From assembly GCA_947584415.1 (NCBI GenBank), contig CANPWN010000001.1:13216-77215 (forward strand): 64,000 nucleotides of DNA, given 5' to 3'. Below the pieces are notes generated by a model. That model ran no database searches and had not been told where the DNA came from. It was given only the letters and a program-made list of their open reading frames with translations. This document shows, one piece after another, positions 9,917 to 19,030 of this stretch. The position numbers and the translations under genes are program-made. Source of the DNA: an uncultured Clostridia bacterium. GTDB taxonomy: Bacteria > Bacillota > Clostridia > Christensenellales > UBA1242. Numbering within the stretch: the stretch's first letter is position 1; every line of letters begins with the position of its first letter.

Positions 9917-9919
9917 TTT

Positions 9920-10393
9920 TTACCATCTATAATGTGCAAAGGCTTTGTTTGCTTCTGCCATTCTGTGAAGTTCATCCCTGCGCTTGATTGACGCGCCTGT
10001 TCCATTGTAAGCGTCAATAAGTTCGCCTGCAAGACGAGCGTCCATTGTTCTCTCACCAGTTCTCTTTCTTGCGAAAGTAACAATCCAGCGAATTGCAAGT
10101 GTTTGACGGCGTTCTGGTCTGATTTCCATAGGAACTTGATAGTTTGCACCACCAACACGCCTTGCTTTTGTTTCAAGCATAGGTTTCACATTTTCAAGTG
10201 CCTGATTGAACACATCAATAGGCTCTAATCCTGTTTTTTCCTTAACAATGTCAAATGCACCATAAACTATTCTTTGAGCAAGACCTTTCTTTCCATCAAG
10301 CATAACTTGATTGATAAGTTTGGTTACAGTTTTGCTTTTATAAATAGGGTCAGGAAGGACAGGTTTTTTAACGGCACTATTTCTTCTTGCCAT
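9920..10393 (-). CDS. rpsG: 30S ribosomal protein S7
   Basis: Canonical S7 sequence, 157 aa, str operon. Confidence 0.97.
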   Translation of the reverse strand: MARRNSAVKKPVLPDPIYKSKTVTKLINQVMLDGKKGLAQRIVYGAFDIVKEKTGLEPIDVFNQALENVKPMLETKARRVGGANYQVPMEIRPERRQTLAIRWIVTFARKRTGERTMDARLAGELIDAYNGTGASIKRRDELHRMAEANKAFAHYRW

Positions 10394-10448
10394 AATTTCC
10401 TCCTTAAATTCTTTAAATTAACAAAAAAAAGCATAAATCAAAGTAAAA

Positions 10449-10829
10449 TTACTTTGTTTTCTTTGGTCGCTTTGCGCCATATTTGGAACGAGATTGATTT
10501 CTCTTTGCCACGCCGGCTGCATCAAGAGTGCCGCGGATGATGTGATATCTCACACCAGGCAAGTCCTTAACTCTGCCACCCCTAACAAGAACAACGCTGT
10601 GCTCTTGAAGGTTATGCCCAATTCCTGGGATGTAGCAAGTTCCTTCCTGTCCATTTGAAAACTTAACTCTGGCAATTTTACGGAGCGCTGAGTTAGGCTT
10701 TTTAGGTGTTGCAGTTCTCACAGAAAGGCAAACACCTCTTTTTTGTGGACATTCATCAAGAAGAGGGGCTTTTGATTTTTTGTCAAAAGTCTTTCTGCCC
10801 TGACGAACAAGTTGGTTGATTGTAGGCAT
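10449..10829 (-). CDS. rpsL: 30S ribosomal protein S12
   Basis: [12 protein letters not shown]...[10 protein letters not shown], 126 aa. Confidence 0.97.
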   Translation of the reverse strand: MPTINQLVRQGRKTFDKKSKAPLLDECPQKRGVCLSVRTATPKKPNSALRKIARVKFSNGQEGTCYIPGIGHNLQEHSVVLVRGGRVKDLPGVRYHIIRGTLDAAGVAKRNQSRSKYGAKRPKKTK

Positions 10830-11098
10830 TTTTTACCTCCTTATTAAGATTTGTCTGAAGGCAAACAAAAATGCCTTTTAATTCTTTTTTAATTAAACAC
10901 GAACAACACAATCACATCAAATATTGTGACTTTGGCAAAAATTTTGCCAAATCAGTGAAAGGGCTTGTCTGCCCCCACTTGTCGTTTGTTTATGCTTCAA
11001 AAAAAGCAGTCTTCGACAACAAGACCTAAATAAAATAACATATAAAAACTCTTTTGTCAAGGAAATTGACAAACTAAAATTTTTGAATCAAAACAAAA

Positions 11099-14000
11099 TT
11101 ACCACGGAGTTTTCGCCTCTGTAAAACCATAAGCTTGCAATCTTGCCAAAATTTCTGCAGGTGTATGCATATTTGGAGTAACCCAACTTTCTATCTTATC
11201 TAATTTTACGATATCTCCAACTATCGCAACTAACGGATGATATGGAAGACCAAGCATAAAATTATCATTATATGCCCATGGCATTGAGTTGCTGTTATTA
11301 AAATCCCAATAGACTTTGCGTGAATTAATAAGGATGGAAATAAAAGTATCTCTATCAGTTGCTCCCACAAGAAATTCACCACCAACATCACCCGGGTCAA
11401 TGCCAAAAAGATAAGTTTCAACAATATCTCCTGTTATACCAGTGTCGCTCGTTGTCGTTGGAAGCAAAGTGTAATAAAATCCGTATGCAAATGAAATCCC
11501 AATGTTTATAGTCGTATTAGCAGTAACCGCTCCAATAAACGCAGAACAACCTTTAATATTTGGAATTGAACTCATCTCATAAATGTCTTGATTCTTTTCA
11601 ATCATAGTGCAACGACCAATGTTAACTTGCCAATTTGTAGCATCAACAATAAAGCCACTTATAAAACCTTCAGTCAAAGCAGAACGTTCACAATAGACAT
11701 TTACTAATGTGATTTGACCATAATACGGAGTTTTTGTAAACACATATCCGCCTATCAATGCACTTGGGGCTTCCCATGTGCTTGTTCCTATACATAAATT
11801 CAAAAAATTAATATTAGAAAGAGTCATTCTGGATGTGGCCCAAATGAAACACGCCATAGGTGCAGCCGTATCAAATTCAGCCACAGTGCCTTGATATGCA
11901 GGAGCATTGTCAATGCAGTTTAAATTGATGATGGAGTGTCCTTGTCCGTCCAATGTGCCACTAAAATATCTGATGGCTCTAAAATCAAATTCTAAAGCAG
12001 TGCAGTCAATGTCATTGTCAAGATAAAATGTCATATCAGAGAAACATTCTGGGCCGTTATAAGAGTAAGAATAATCCGACATTGCTACCAGGCCAGTGTA
12101 ATCAGTGATGTGATACGAGCCGTTAGAGGCTTTTGTTATGCCTGGATAAGAAAGAATTAAATTATCAAACGTTAATGCTTTAACCACCTTACTACTATTA
12201 TCTAGCCTCAAACATGGACGAATACCACAATCCAATGTTTTATTTTTATCACGTAATGCACCATATTCAGTTATTATGCAGGCACGATCATTTACGGAAC
12301 CAAATGAAAGTCCTTCCGAACGAAGCCAATATTCCCCGCCAGCCATCCTAGATGAATTTCGTTCGATTGTGCTAGTTTCTGCTTCACTTGACTGGTCAAC
12401 TTCTCCACCTGTGGCACTATGAGATGCAAGATAATATTTCCCTTCAGGATCGCTCGCTGGACAATATGTGCTGGTCATTTCAGTGTATGACAAAAGCCAA
12501 ACATAATCCTGTGTTTGATAAGTCGTATCATCAAGAAAGTCTCCAGTTGTATTAGTTTTGGAAACAACAAATCCACTATTTAATCCAGCATTCTTATAAA
12601 AAGTATTATTAAGCCAACCTGATATTGAATATTTATCATCTTGCCATGTTACAGAACCCTCACCATCAGAAAAAGGGAATTCTTCTAAAATAGTGTCAGA
12701 TATAACGTCAACTCGCGTTGCTGTTGCAGGGTTCTGTCCATCAATAATCCACCATTTGATTGGTTTTGAATTATATGTGCCAAGTTCTGTGTAATAATAT
12801 ATATGTCCATTTAAGACTTCTGGAGTCCATGTCAATGATGCCTGTTTGACTTCATATTTAAGCGTCAAACATGGACGAATGCCGAGATAAGTTAAATTTC
12901 TTTGATTTAAGGCAGAAAGTCCATATGCAACCCCATTAGACCCCGCAGTATAAATATCGTTTCCTGCCGCTGAACGTAACAGCCAGTTCGTTGTCCCTGT
13001 CCTATAATCAGACTTATATGATGATTCCATAACTGCATAATTGGCAATTGCAAAATCACTCGGAGAGGCCGTTCTGGAGCCAAATTGTGCTAAAGCTGTG
13101 GCTTCATGGTCGTTGTAATATCCTCCAGAACTTCTATGCGAAGATAGATAATATGTTGTATTGCCTTTAGGACTATATTTGTTTAACTCATCATACGACA
13201 TAAGATAAACATAGTCTGATGTGTTTGCTCCACTGCCATCAGAAGTGCTACTTGATGTGTTGTTTTTGACTGTTTCATTCTTTATCACAGATGTCTTGTA
13301 TGACGAAAGCCCAGAGTCTGTAAGAAATGTGCCATTTAACCAAGTGCGAACATTGGAACTACTCCATAAATTATTTGTTCCCGTTGAAAATGGAATATTC
13401 GCCGCAAGTGCAACATCTGAGATTACCCTTATCTCCTTTGTTCCAGAAACTGTGTTTGGATTTGTTCCATCAATTATCCACCATTTGATTGGCTCAACTT
13501 TAAACCATTTCGTTGCACCAGTTGAACCAACAGATGTCCCATTTTTAAAAGTGTAAGATGTGTTATATACCGTTTGACTTCCTGAAACATATTTTTGCCC
13601 AGAAAGGCTATATTCCGTCCATGTTTTGCTACCCACAGTGTATGTTTTTCCCGTTTTGGATGTAGGCGTTGAACCAGAATAATACATTTGAGGATAAGTG
13701 CCAAGTTCGGTGTAATAATATGTATTGCCGTTTAATGTTTCACTTTTCCATGTTATGTTTGATGTTGTTGCCGCCTCACCAACATCTGAGATTGTGGATG
13801 GCTCAGAAATATTGTTTAAAGGAATTGAAATTTGCGGGAAACAAAATAATGACAAAACAAATGCCATGAACAAATATGAAAATGAATGTCTCGTTTTTGA
13901 ATAGATGTTCTTCACATCCATTAGTATAGGTTTTTTTGATATTTTTAGCAAATATTTTTCGACATTTTGTCGAAATTTGCTTTTCTTTTTCTCCTTATTT

Positions 14001-14122
14001 TGTGGACAACTTTTAGTTAAGCAGTAAGGTTGCCCCCCCCCCGGTGACATTTTGTTACAAAAAGTTTTTTCATTTTCATTTTTTCCTTTTTGTGGATAAA
14101 CTTCTGTTATTAGTATAGCCAA
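11099..14122 (-). CDS. Large secreted protein: two DUF6273-like domains plus a C-terminal FxGxLDGQGHxI-type beta-helix domain (start codon ambiguous, see poly-G leader)
   Basis: Maximal ORF is 1007 aa. The signal-peptide-like segment YLFMAFVLSLFCFPQISIP follows the ATG at 13921. Two units of PIKWWIIDG...WLN.TF...WLLRS...GIRPCLTL are present. The C-terminal FSGTLDGQGHSIINL motif is shared with the 32879-34078 protein. Confidence 0.8.
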   Translation of the reverse strand: MAILITEVYPQKGKNENEKTFCNKMSPGGGQPYCLTKSCPQNKEKKKSKFRQNVEKYLLKISKKPILMDVKNIYSKTRHSFSYLFMAFVLSLFCFPQISIPLNNISEPSTISDVGEAATTSNITWKSETLNGNTYYYTELGTYPQMYYSGSTPTSKTGKTYTVGSKTWTEYSLSGQKYVSGSQTVYNTSYTFKNGTSVGSTGATKWFKVEPIKWWIIDGTNPNTVSGTKEIRVISDVALAANIPFSTGTNNLWSSSNVRTWLNGTFLTDSGLSSYKTSVIKNETVKNNTSSSTSDGSGANTSDYVYLMSYDELNKYSPKGNTTYYLSSHRSSGGYYNDHEATALAQFGSRTASPSDFAIANYAVMESSYKSDYRTGTTNWLLRSAAGNDIYTAGSNGVAYGLSALNQRNLTYLGIRPCLTLKYEVKQASLTWTPEVLNGHIYYYTELGTYNSKPIKWWIIDGQNPATATRVDVISDTILEEFPFSDGEGSVTWQDDKYSISGWLNNTFYKNAGLNSGFVVSKTNTTGDFLDDTTYQTQDYVWLLSYTEMTSTYCPASDPEGKYYLASHSATGGEVDQSSEAETSTIERNSSRMAGGEYWLRSEGLSFGSVNDRACIITEYGALRDKNKTLDCGIRPCLRLDNSSKVVKALTFDNLILSYPGITKASNGSYHITDYTGLVAMSDYSYSYNGPECFSDMTFYLDNDIDCTALEFDFRAIRYFSGTLDGQGHSIINLNCIDNAPAYQGTVAEFDTAAPMACFIWATSRMTLSNINFLNLCIGTSTWEAPSALIGGYVFTKTPYYGQITLVNVYCERSALTEGFISGFIVDATNWQVNIGRCTMIEKNQDIYEMSSIPNIKGCSAFIGAVTANTTINIGISFAYGFYYTLLPTTTSDTGITGDIVETYLFGIDPGDVGGEFLVGATDRDTFISILINSRKVYWDFNNSNSMPWAYNDNFMLGLPYHPLVAIVGDIVKLDKIESWVTPNMHTPAEILARLQAYGFTEAKTPW
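14033..14042 (-). repeat. Homopolymeric G10 tract (C10 on plus strand) in the 5' leader/N-terminal region of the 1007-aa gene
   Basis: Counted directly: 14033-14042 are all C. The tract lies 37 nt downstream of the RBS+ATG (14079). Confidence 0.9.
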
Positions 14123-14146
14123 AGTTAGACAAAAAACAAAGCAATT

Positions 14147-16105
14147 TTAATCTTTTTTCAGCATATTTTTGAGTTCTTCCTCGGAAATCATATTTATTCC
14201 AAGCTTCTTGGCCTTGTCAAATTTTGAGCCAGGGTTTTCGCCCAAGAGGATGAAGTCAGTCTTCTGCGACACAGAGCCGGACACTTCGCCGCCGTTTTCA
14301 AGAATAAGGTCGGTCGCTTCATTTCGCGACATTGTTGGCAGCGTTCCAGTTAGGACAAACTTTTTGCCGGCAATAGGCGAAGAGAAATCTCTTTCCTTTG
14401 GGTTGATGATATTAACTCCACGCTCAAGCAGGCGTTTGACTTCCGCTTTATTGTCCTCATCACGAACAAACTCAATGATGTTTTTGGCAATTGTTGGGCC
14501 TATGTCAGGGATAAGTTCAAGTTCTTGAAATTTGCAGTTCATGAAGTTGTCTAAATTTCCATAGCGGTTTGCCAAATCCCTCGCCGTTTTAATTCCCACT
14601 TCGCTTATGCCAAGTGCATAAATAAATCTGAAAAGTTCCCTATTTTTGCTTTTTTCAATGGAAGAATGCAAATTTCCGGACTTTTTTTCCTTAAATTTTT
14701 CAAGTTTAAGAAAATCTTGTGGTGATAGGTTGTAAAGGTCTGAAGGATGATGCACATTTAAATTATTTATGAGCGTGGTAATTGTCTTTTCGCTAAGGCC
14801 GTCAATATTCATGGCATCACGGGTGGCAAAATGCGTCAGTCTGCCCTCAATTTGGTCAAAGCAGTTGTCATGATTTATGCAATAAAGAAGTGGGCCTTTT
14901 TTGACAAGTGGGCATTTGCAACATGGGCAGAATTTTGGCTCTTCAATCTTTTTGGCGTTCTTGCCCTCCTCGGCAAGACCAAGCACCTCAGGGATGACCT
15001 CGTTTGACCTGCGGACAAAGACGCGGCTGCCAATTGAAACGCGTTTGCGCAAGATGTCATCATAGTTGTTAAGTGTTGCCTTTTGCACGGTCGCACCGGC
15101 AAGTTCAACAGGCTCTAAAACTGCGATAGGTGTCACCTTTCCCGTCCTGCCGACCTGCCAAATAACATCCTTCAAAAGAGTTGAAACTTCCTGTGCCTCA
15201 AACTTGAATGCAATTGCCCATTTTGGAAATTTTGTTGTCCAGCCAATATCTTCGCGGTATGCCATTTCATTTATACTTACAACCGCCCCATCAATCAAGA
15301 TGTCCAAATTGTTTTTTCTTGCGTCTATGGAATGAATTTCATTTAAAACCTCATCTTTCGTTGCCACAATTTTGAAATAATCACCAACTTCAAAGCCGTT
15401 TGCAATCAAAAATTCATGCAACTCTTGTTGGCTAGCAAAAGTTTTGCCCTCCGCCTGCAGAACTGCATAGCAGAAGAAGTCAAGCCTGCGTTTTGCCGTT
15501 TCCTTTGGGTCAAGATTTCGAATTGCACCCGCAACGCCATTTCTGGCATTTTTGAGTTTTTCTTCGGCAGTGCGGTTGTAAATTTTGAGCGCGTGATTTG
15601 TCATCATGCCCTCGCCTTCAACAAACAAATGTTTTTTAAATGGAATTTCAAGCGGAACAGAGCGAATTGTTTTGACTTGCTCACTGACATCCTCGCCGAC
15701 ATATCCATTTCCACGCGTTGTGGCTGAAACAAAGTGGCCTTTGTCATACTCAATCACAAGATGAAGTCCGTCAAATTTATATTCCACCGAAAAGGTCATT
15801 TTTGGGTTATAGGATGCCATGTCGCTCATCCATGACTTTAAGTCCTCTTCGTCACGCACTTTATTGAGCGAATAAAGTTTTTTCGGATGTTCCTTTTTCT
15901 GAAATCCTTCCAAAACTTCGCCGCCGACCCTCAATGTTGGCGAAGAAGGAAGAACAACTCCCGTTTCCTTTTCCAAGTCAACAAGTTGATAATAGAGTTT
16001 GTCATATTCGCTGTCCGAAATTGTTGGGCTGTCCAGGTCATAGTAATTATGATTATGCACAAGAATTTCATCAATCAGTTTTTGCATCTGTTCCGTTTTG
16101 TTCAT
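14147..16105 (-). CDS. ligA: NAD-dependent DNA ligase
   Basis: KLYSLNKV adenylation region, Zn-finger CPCCKCPL, HhH and BRCT (KKFVLTGTL); 652 aa. Confidence 0.95.
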   Translation of the reverse strand: MNKTEQMQKLIDEILVHNHNYYDLDSPTISDSEYDKLYYQLVDLEKETGVVLPSSPTLRVGGEVLEGFQKKEHPKKLYSLNKVRDEEDLKSWMSDMASYNPKMTFSVEYKFDGLHLVIEYDKGHFVSATTRGNGYVGEDVSEQVKTIRSVPLEIPFKKHLFVEGEGMMTNHALKIYNRTAEEKLKNARNGVAGAIRNLDPKETAKRRLDFFCYAVLQAEGKTFASQQELHEFLIANGFEVGDYFKIVATKDEVLNEIHSIDARKNNLDILIDGAVVSINEMAYREDIGWTTKFPKWAIAFKFEAQEVSTLLKDVIWQVGRTGKVTPIAVLEPVELAGATVQKATLNNYDDILRKRVSIGSRVFVRRSNEVIPEVLGLAEEGKNAKKIEEPKFCPCCKCPLVKKGPLLYCINHDNCFDQIEGRLTHFATRDAMNIDGLSEKTITTLINNLNVHHPSDLYNLSPQDFLKLEKFKEKKSGNLHSSIEKSKNRELFRFIYALGISEVGIKTARDLANRYGNLDNFMNCKFQELELIPDIGPTIAKNIIEFVRDEDNKAEVKRLLERGVNIINPKERDFSSPIAGKKFVLTGTLPTMSRNEATDLILENGGEVSGSVSQKTDFILLGENPGSKFDKAKKLGINMISEEELKNMLKKD

Positions 16106-18261
16106 TATCCCTCCTCTATTTCAAGCGGCGCTATTTCAAGCATAAGACTTTTTACACCGAAGCCTTCAAAATTTATGTCTGCAACAAGTCCGTCATCTGA
16201 AATTGACTTTATCTGTCCACTTCCAAACTTTGGATGGCTGACTTTCTGCCCAACAGCATAGATTGAAATATCTTTTTTGCCACTTTCCGTCTTCTCTCCC
16301 AGCACGGCGCTTTTATTGAAGGAAAAGCCTGAATAACTCTTGCCCGTGAAGACATTTGTTTCTTCAATCTTTTTCTTTTCAAACTTGTAAAAACCAAGTT
16401 CTTTGCAAAATCTGCTTGGAATTTGATAGGATGTTTTGCCATATAAAAATCTGCGTGAACAGTGAGTTATGAACACCTTTTCCTCCGCCCTGGTCACCGC
16501 AACATACATGAGCCGCCTTTCCTCTTCAAGTTCATCCAAAGTGGTTGCACGGCTGATTGGGAAAATACCCTCTTCTAATCCAACAATAAACACATTTTTA
16601 AATTCAAGACCTTTGACCGCATGCACAGATGCAATTGTCACGCTGCCTTCGTCACCTATTGCGTCAGTGTCAGAAGAAAGGGTTATGCTTCCAAGATAGT
16701 CATTTAGTCCTGCCTCAGGGTTAAGTCTTTCAAATTCCTTAACACCAGCCTCAAACGATGATATGTTCATCAGTTTGTCAAAGCCTTCCTCCGTCTTTTT
16801 GTCATAAGCGTCCCTTATGCCAAATTTGGAGATGACCTCACTGACAAAGTCGCCAAGTGGAAGTTCAAGGGCTTTAAGCCCTTTATAAATTTCAACAAAG
16901 GTTTCAAGTTTATGCTTTAAACTTGGCTCTAAAAAAGCAATGTCCTCTTCAAGCGCTGGCAAAATGGACCTGTCGCCAGCAAAGTCCTTTAATTTTAATA
17001 TTGAACTGTCGCCTATCCCCCTGCGCGGAAAATTGATGACCTTTAAAAACGCAACATCATCACTTGGATTGACAAAGAGCCTAAGATATGCCACAACATT
17101 TTTAATTTCACTACGCTCATAGAACTTAAATCCGCCATATATCTTGTGGGGAATATTATAAGCAAGCAGTGCTTCTTCCAAACTTCGAGAGAGAGCGTTA
17201 AGGCGCATAAGCACAGCAAAGTCACTTGCTTTGTCACCAAGGCGCATAAGACGCTCAATATTGCTTGCTACATATAGGGCTTCATCACGCTCGTCAACAG
17301 CGTTATAGATGACCGGCTCATCACCGCCCTTTTTGTCTGTCCAAAGTTTTTTTGCAAGACGGGAATTGTTGTGGGCAATAAGCAAGTTTGCCTTATCCAA
17401 TATTTTGTCTGTTGAACGGTAGTTCCTCTCCAACTTAAACACAGCAACATTTGGAAAGTCCTTTTTGAAATTGAATATATTTTGAAAATTCGCCCCTCTC
17501 CATGAATAGATGCACTGGTCCTCATCTCCAACGACAAAGATGTTGCCATGCACAGACGCAAGTTGTTTTAAAAGTTCATATTGCACAACATTAGTGTCCT
17601 GAAATTCGTCAACGAGGATATATTCAAAGCGAGTGGCATAGTAGTTTTTGACATCTTCGCATTCGCGGAAGAGTTTGAATGTTTTGATGAGAAGGTCGTC
17701 AAAGTCCAAAGCATTATTTTTCTTAAGCCTGTTTTCATATTCCGCCATCACAAGGACAATTTTTTTTATATCAACCACATCTTTGCACACAAGTTCATAT
17801 TCGCTGAGCGGCATAACAGTGTTCTTCCAATTTGAAAGATGAAATTGAACATTTTTCTTCCACCTATCCTCACTAAGTCCCATTTCGTTTAAAATGTCCT
17901 TGATGACTTTTTCACTGTCGCTTTCATCATATATGGTAAAAGAACGGCTGTATCCAAGCCGGTCAATGTCACTTCGCAAAATTTTTGCACACATTGAATG
18001 AAAAGTTGATATCCAAATTTTGTCGCCATTTTCGCACATGGTTTCAATTCGCTCCGCCATTTCACGAGTCGCTTTGTTTGTGAAAGTTATGGCAAGAATT
18101 GAATAAGGGCTGACGCCCTGCGAAATTAAATAAGCGACCCTGTGAGTGAGAAGTCGTGTTTTGCCGCTCCCCGCCCCAGCGGTCACCAAAATTGCACCAT
18201 TAAGTTGCTTTAATGCCAGTTGCTGTTCAGAATTAAGGCTGTCCAAATTGAAATCTGTCAT
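16105..18261 (-). CDS. pcrA: ATP-dependent DNA helicase PcrA (UvrD/Rep family)
   Basis: AGAGSGKTRLLTHR Walker A, VDEFQDTN, and pcrA-ligA synteny; 718 aa. Confidence 0.93.
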   Translation of the reverse strand: MTDFNLDSLNSEQQLALKQLNGAILVTAGAGSGKTRLLTHRVAYLISQGVSPYSILAITFTNKATREMAERIETMCENGDKIWISTFHSMCAKILRSDIDRLGYSRSFTIYDESDSEKVIKDILNEMGLSEDRWKKNVQFHLSNWKNTVMPLSEYELVCKDVVDIKKIVLVMAEYENRLKKNNALDFDDLLIKTFKLFRECEDVKNYYATRFEYILVDEFQDTNVVQYELLKQLASVHGNIFVVGDEDQCIYSWRGANFQNIFNFKKDFPNVAVFKLERNYRSTDKILDKANLLIAHNNSRLAKKLWTDKKGGDEPVIYNAVDERDEALYVASNIERLMRLGDKASDFAVLMRLNALSRSLEEALLAYNIPHKIYGGFKFYERSEIKNVVAYLRLFVNPSDDVAFLKVINFPRRGIGDSSILKLKDFAGDRSILPALEEDIAFLEPSLKHKLETFVEIYKGLKALELPLGDFVSEVISKFGIRDAYDKKTEEGFDKLMNISSFEAGVKEFERLNPEAGLNDYLGSITLSSDTDAIGDEGSVTIASVHAVKGLEFKNVFIVGLEEGIFPISRATTLDELEEERRLMYVAVTRAEEKVFITHCSRRFLYGKTSYQIPSRFCKELGFYKFEKKKIEETNVFTGKSYSGFSFNKSAVLGEKTESGKKDISIYAVGQKVSHPKFGSGQIKSISDDGLVADINFEGFGVKSLMLEIAPLEIEEG

Positions 18262-18288
18262 ACTGATATATTAGCATATCAGAAAAAA

Positions 18289-18618
18289 TTAGTAAACCAA
18301 CTTTTGCTCAATTTTTCTTTCAAATTTTTCTTTGTAACGATTAAACTTTTCAACTGTGTCCAAAAGATATTTCTCTTTGCTTAAATCATCAAGCGAAGAA
18401 TAATAGTTTAAGTCCATAAGGTCACTCATTGGGCTAAGCGACCCGCTTTCCAAAACTTGCTGCGCTTTCACATTGAAATTTTCATCAAGTTCCGGTGAAA
18501 TGACCTTAAATTTGATGTTAGGACTGGAAACCACCGCTTTGGAAGAAGAAGGATTTTCTCCCTTGTGAATAAGCCTGTTGCGTGCGTTTTGTGCAAGGCG
18601 TTTGAGTTCTTTGTTCAT
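18289..18618 (-). CDS. Hypothetical protein (109 aa)
   Basis: RBS AAGGAG lies 6 nt before the ATG at 18618. No recognisable motif. Confidence 0.5.
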   Translation of the reverse strand: MNKELKRLAQNARNRLIHKGENPSSSKAVVSSPNIKFKVISPELDENFNVKAQQVLESGSLSPMSDLMDLNYYSSLDDLSKEKYLLDTVEKFNRYKEKFERKIEQKLVY

Positions 18619-18741
18619 TATATCTCCTTTTCTCAAAATATGAGGATAGTTCAAGTTTAACGAGATTTTTCTTTATTTCAAAACATCCTGACATCAATCT
18701 TTTGTCGAAGAATTACGAATAAGATTTTTTGTTTGCGAAAT

Positions 18742-18767
18742 AAAAAAGCGTGACTCAAAATCACGCT
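18742..18767 (-). terminator. Terminator after rpsU
   Basis: Stem gcgtga/tcacgc followed by a T-run on the minus strand. Confidence 0.75.
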
Positions 18768-18772
18768 TTGTT

Positions 18773-18955
18773 TTAGCCTCTTTTTCTTGCACGCTTTCTT
18801 GCAGCCTCGCGTTTACGCTTTTTTGCAACGCTTGGCTTATAGTAGGCTTCTTTTCTTTTTATGTCACCTATTATGCCGTCTTTTTGGCACTTTCTCTTAA
18901 ATCTTTTAAGAGCGCTTTCAAGGTTTTCATTTTCGCCAACTTTGACCGTTGTCAA
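18773..18955 (-). CDS. rpsU: 30S ribosomal protein S21
   Basis: ALKRFKRKCQKDGI...KPSVAKKRKREAA; 60 aa. Confidence 0.95.
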   Translation of the reverse strand: MTTVKVGENENLESALKRFKRKCQKDGIIGDIKRKEAYYKPSVAKKRKREAARKRARKRG

Positions 18956-19030
18956 CTTATCTCACCACCTTCTAGGTCTAAATTATGCTTCAATTTTATG
19001 CATTTTGACACAATTTGTCAAGTATTTTTG

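Noticed and set aside
11053-11073. Perfect palindrome TTTGTCAA-ggaaa-TTGACAAA between the 1007-aa gene and rpsL, considered as a regulatory operator
   Set aside because: One arm is simply the -35 TTGACA of the putative rpsL promoter (TTGACA-17-TATTTT). The AT-rich stem could equally be a weak terminator for the upstream gene. There is no second copy to support a specific operator.
14001-14099. Whether TTATCCACA clusters mark a replication origin (oriC)
   Set aside because: There is no dnaA/dnaN nearby and no AT-rich unwinding element with 13-mer-like repeats. The boxes occur only inside the two homologous gene leaders.
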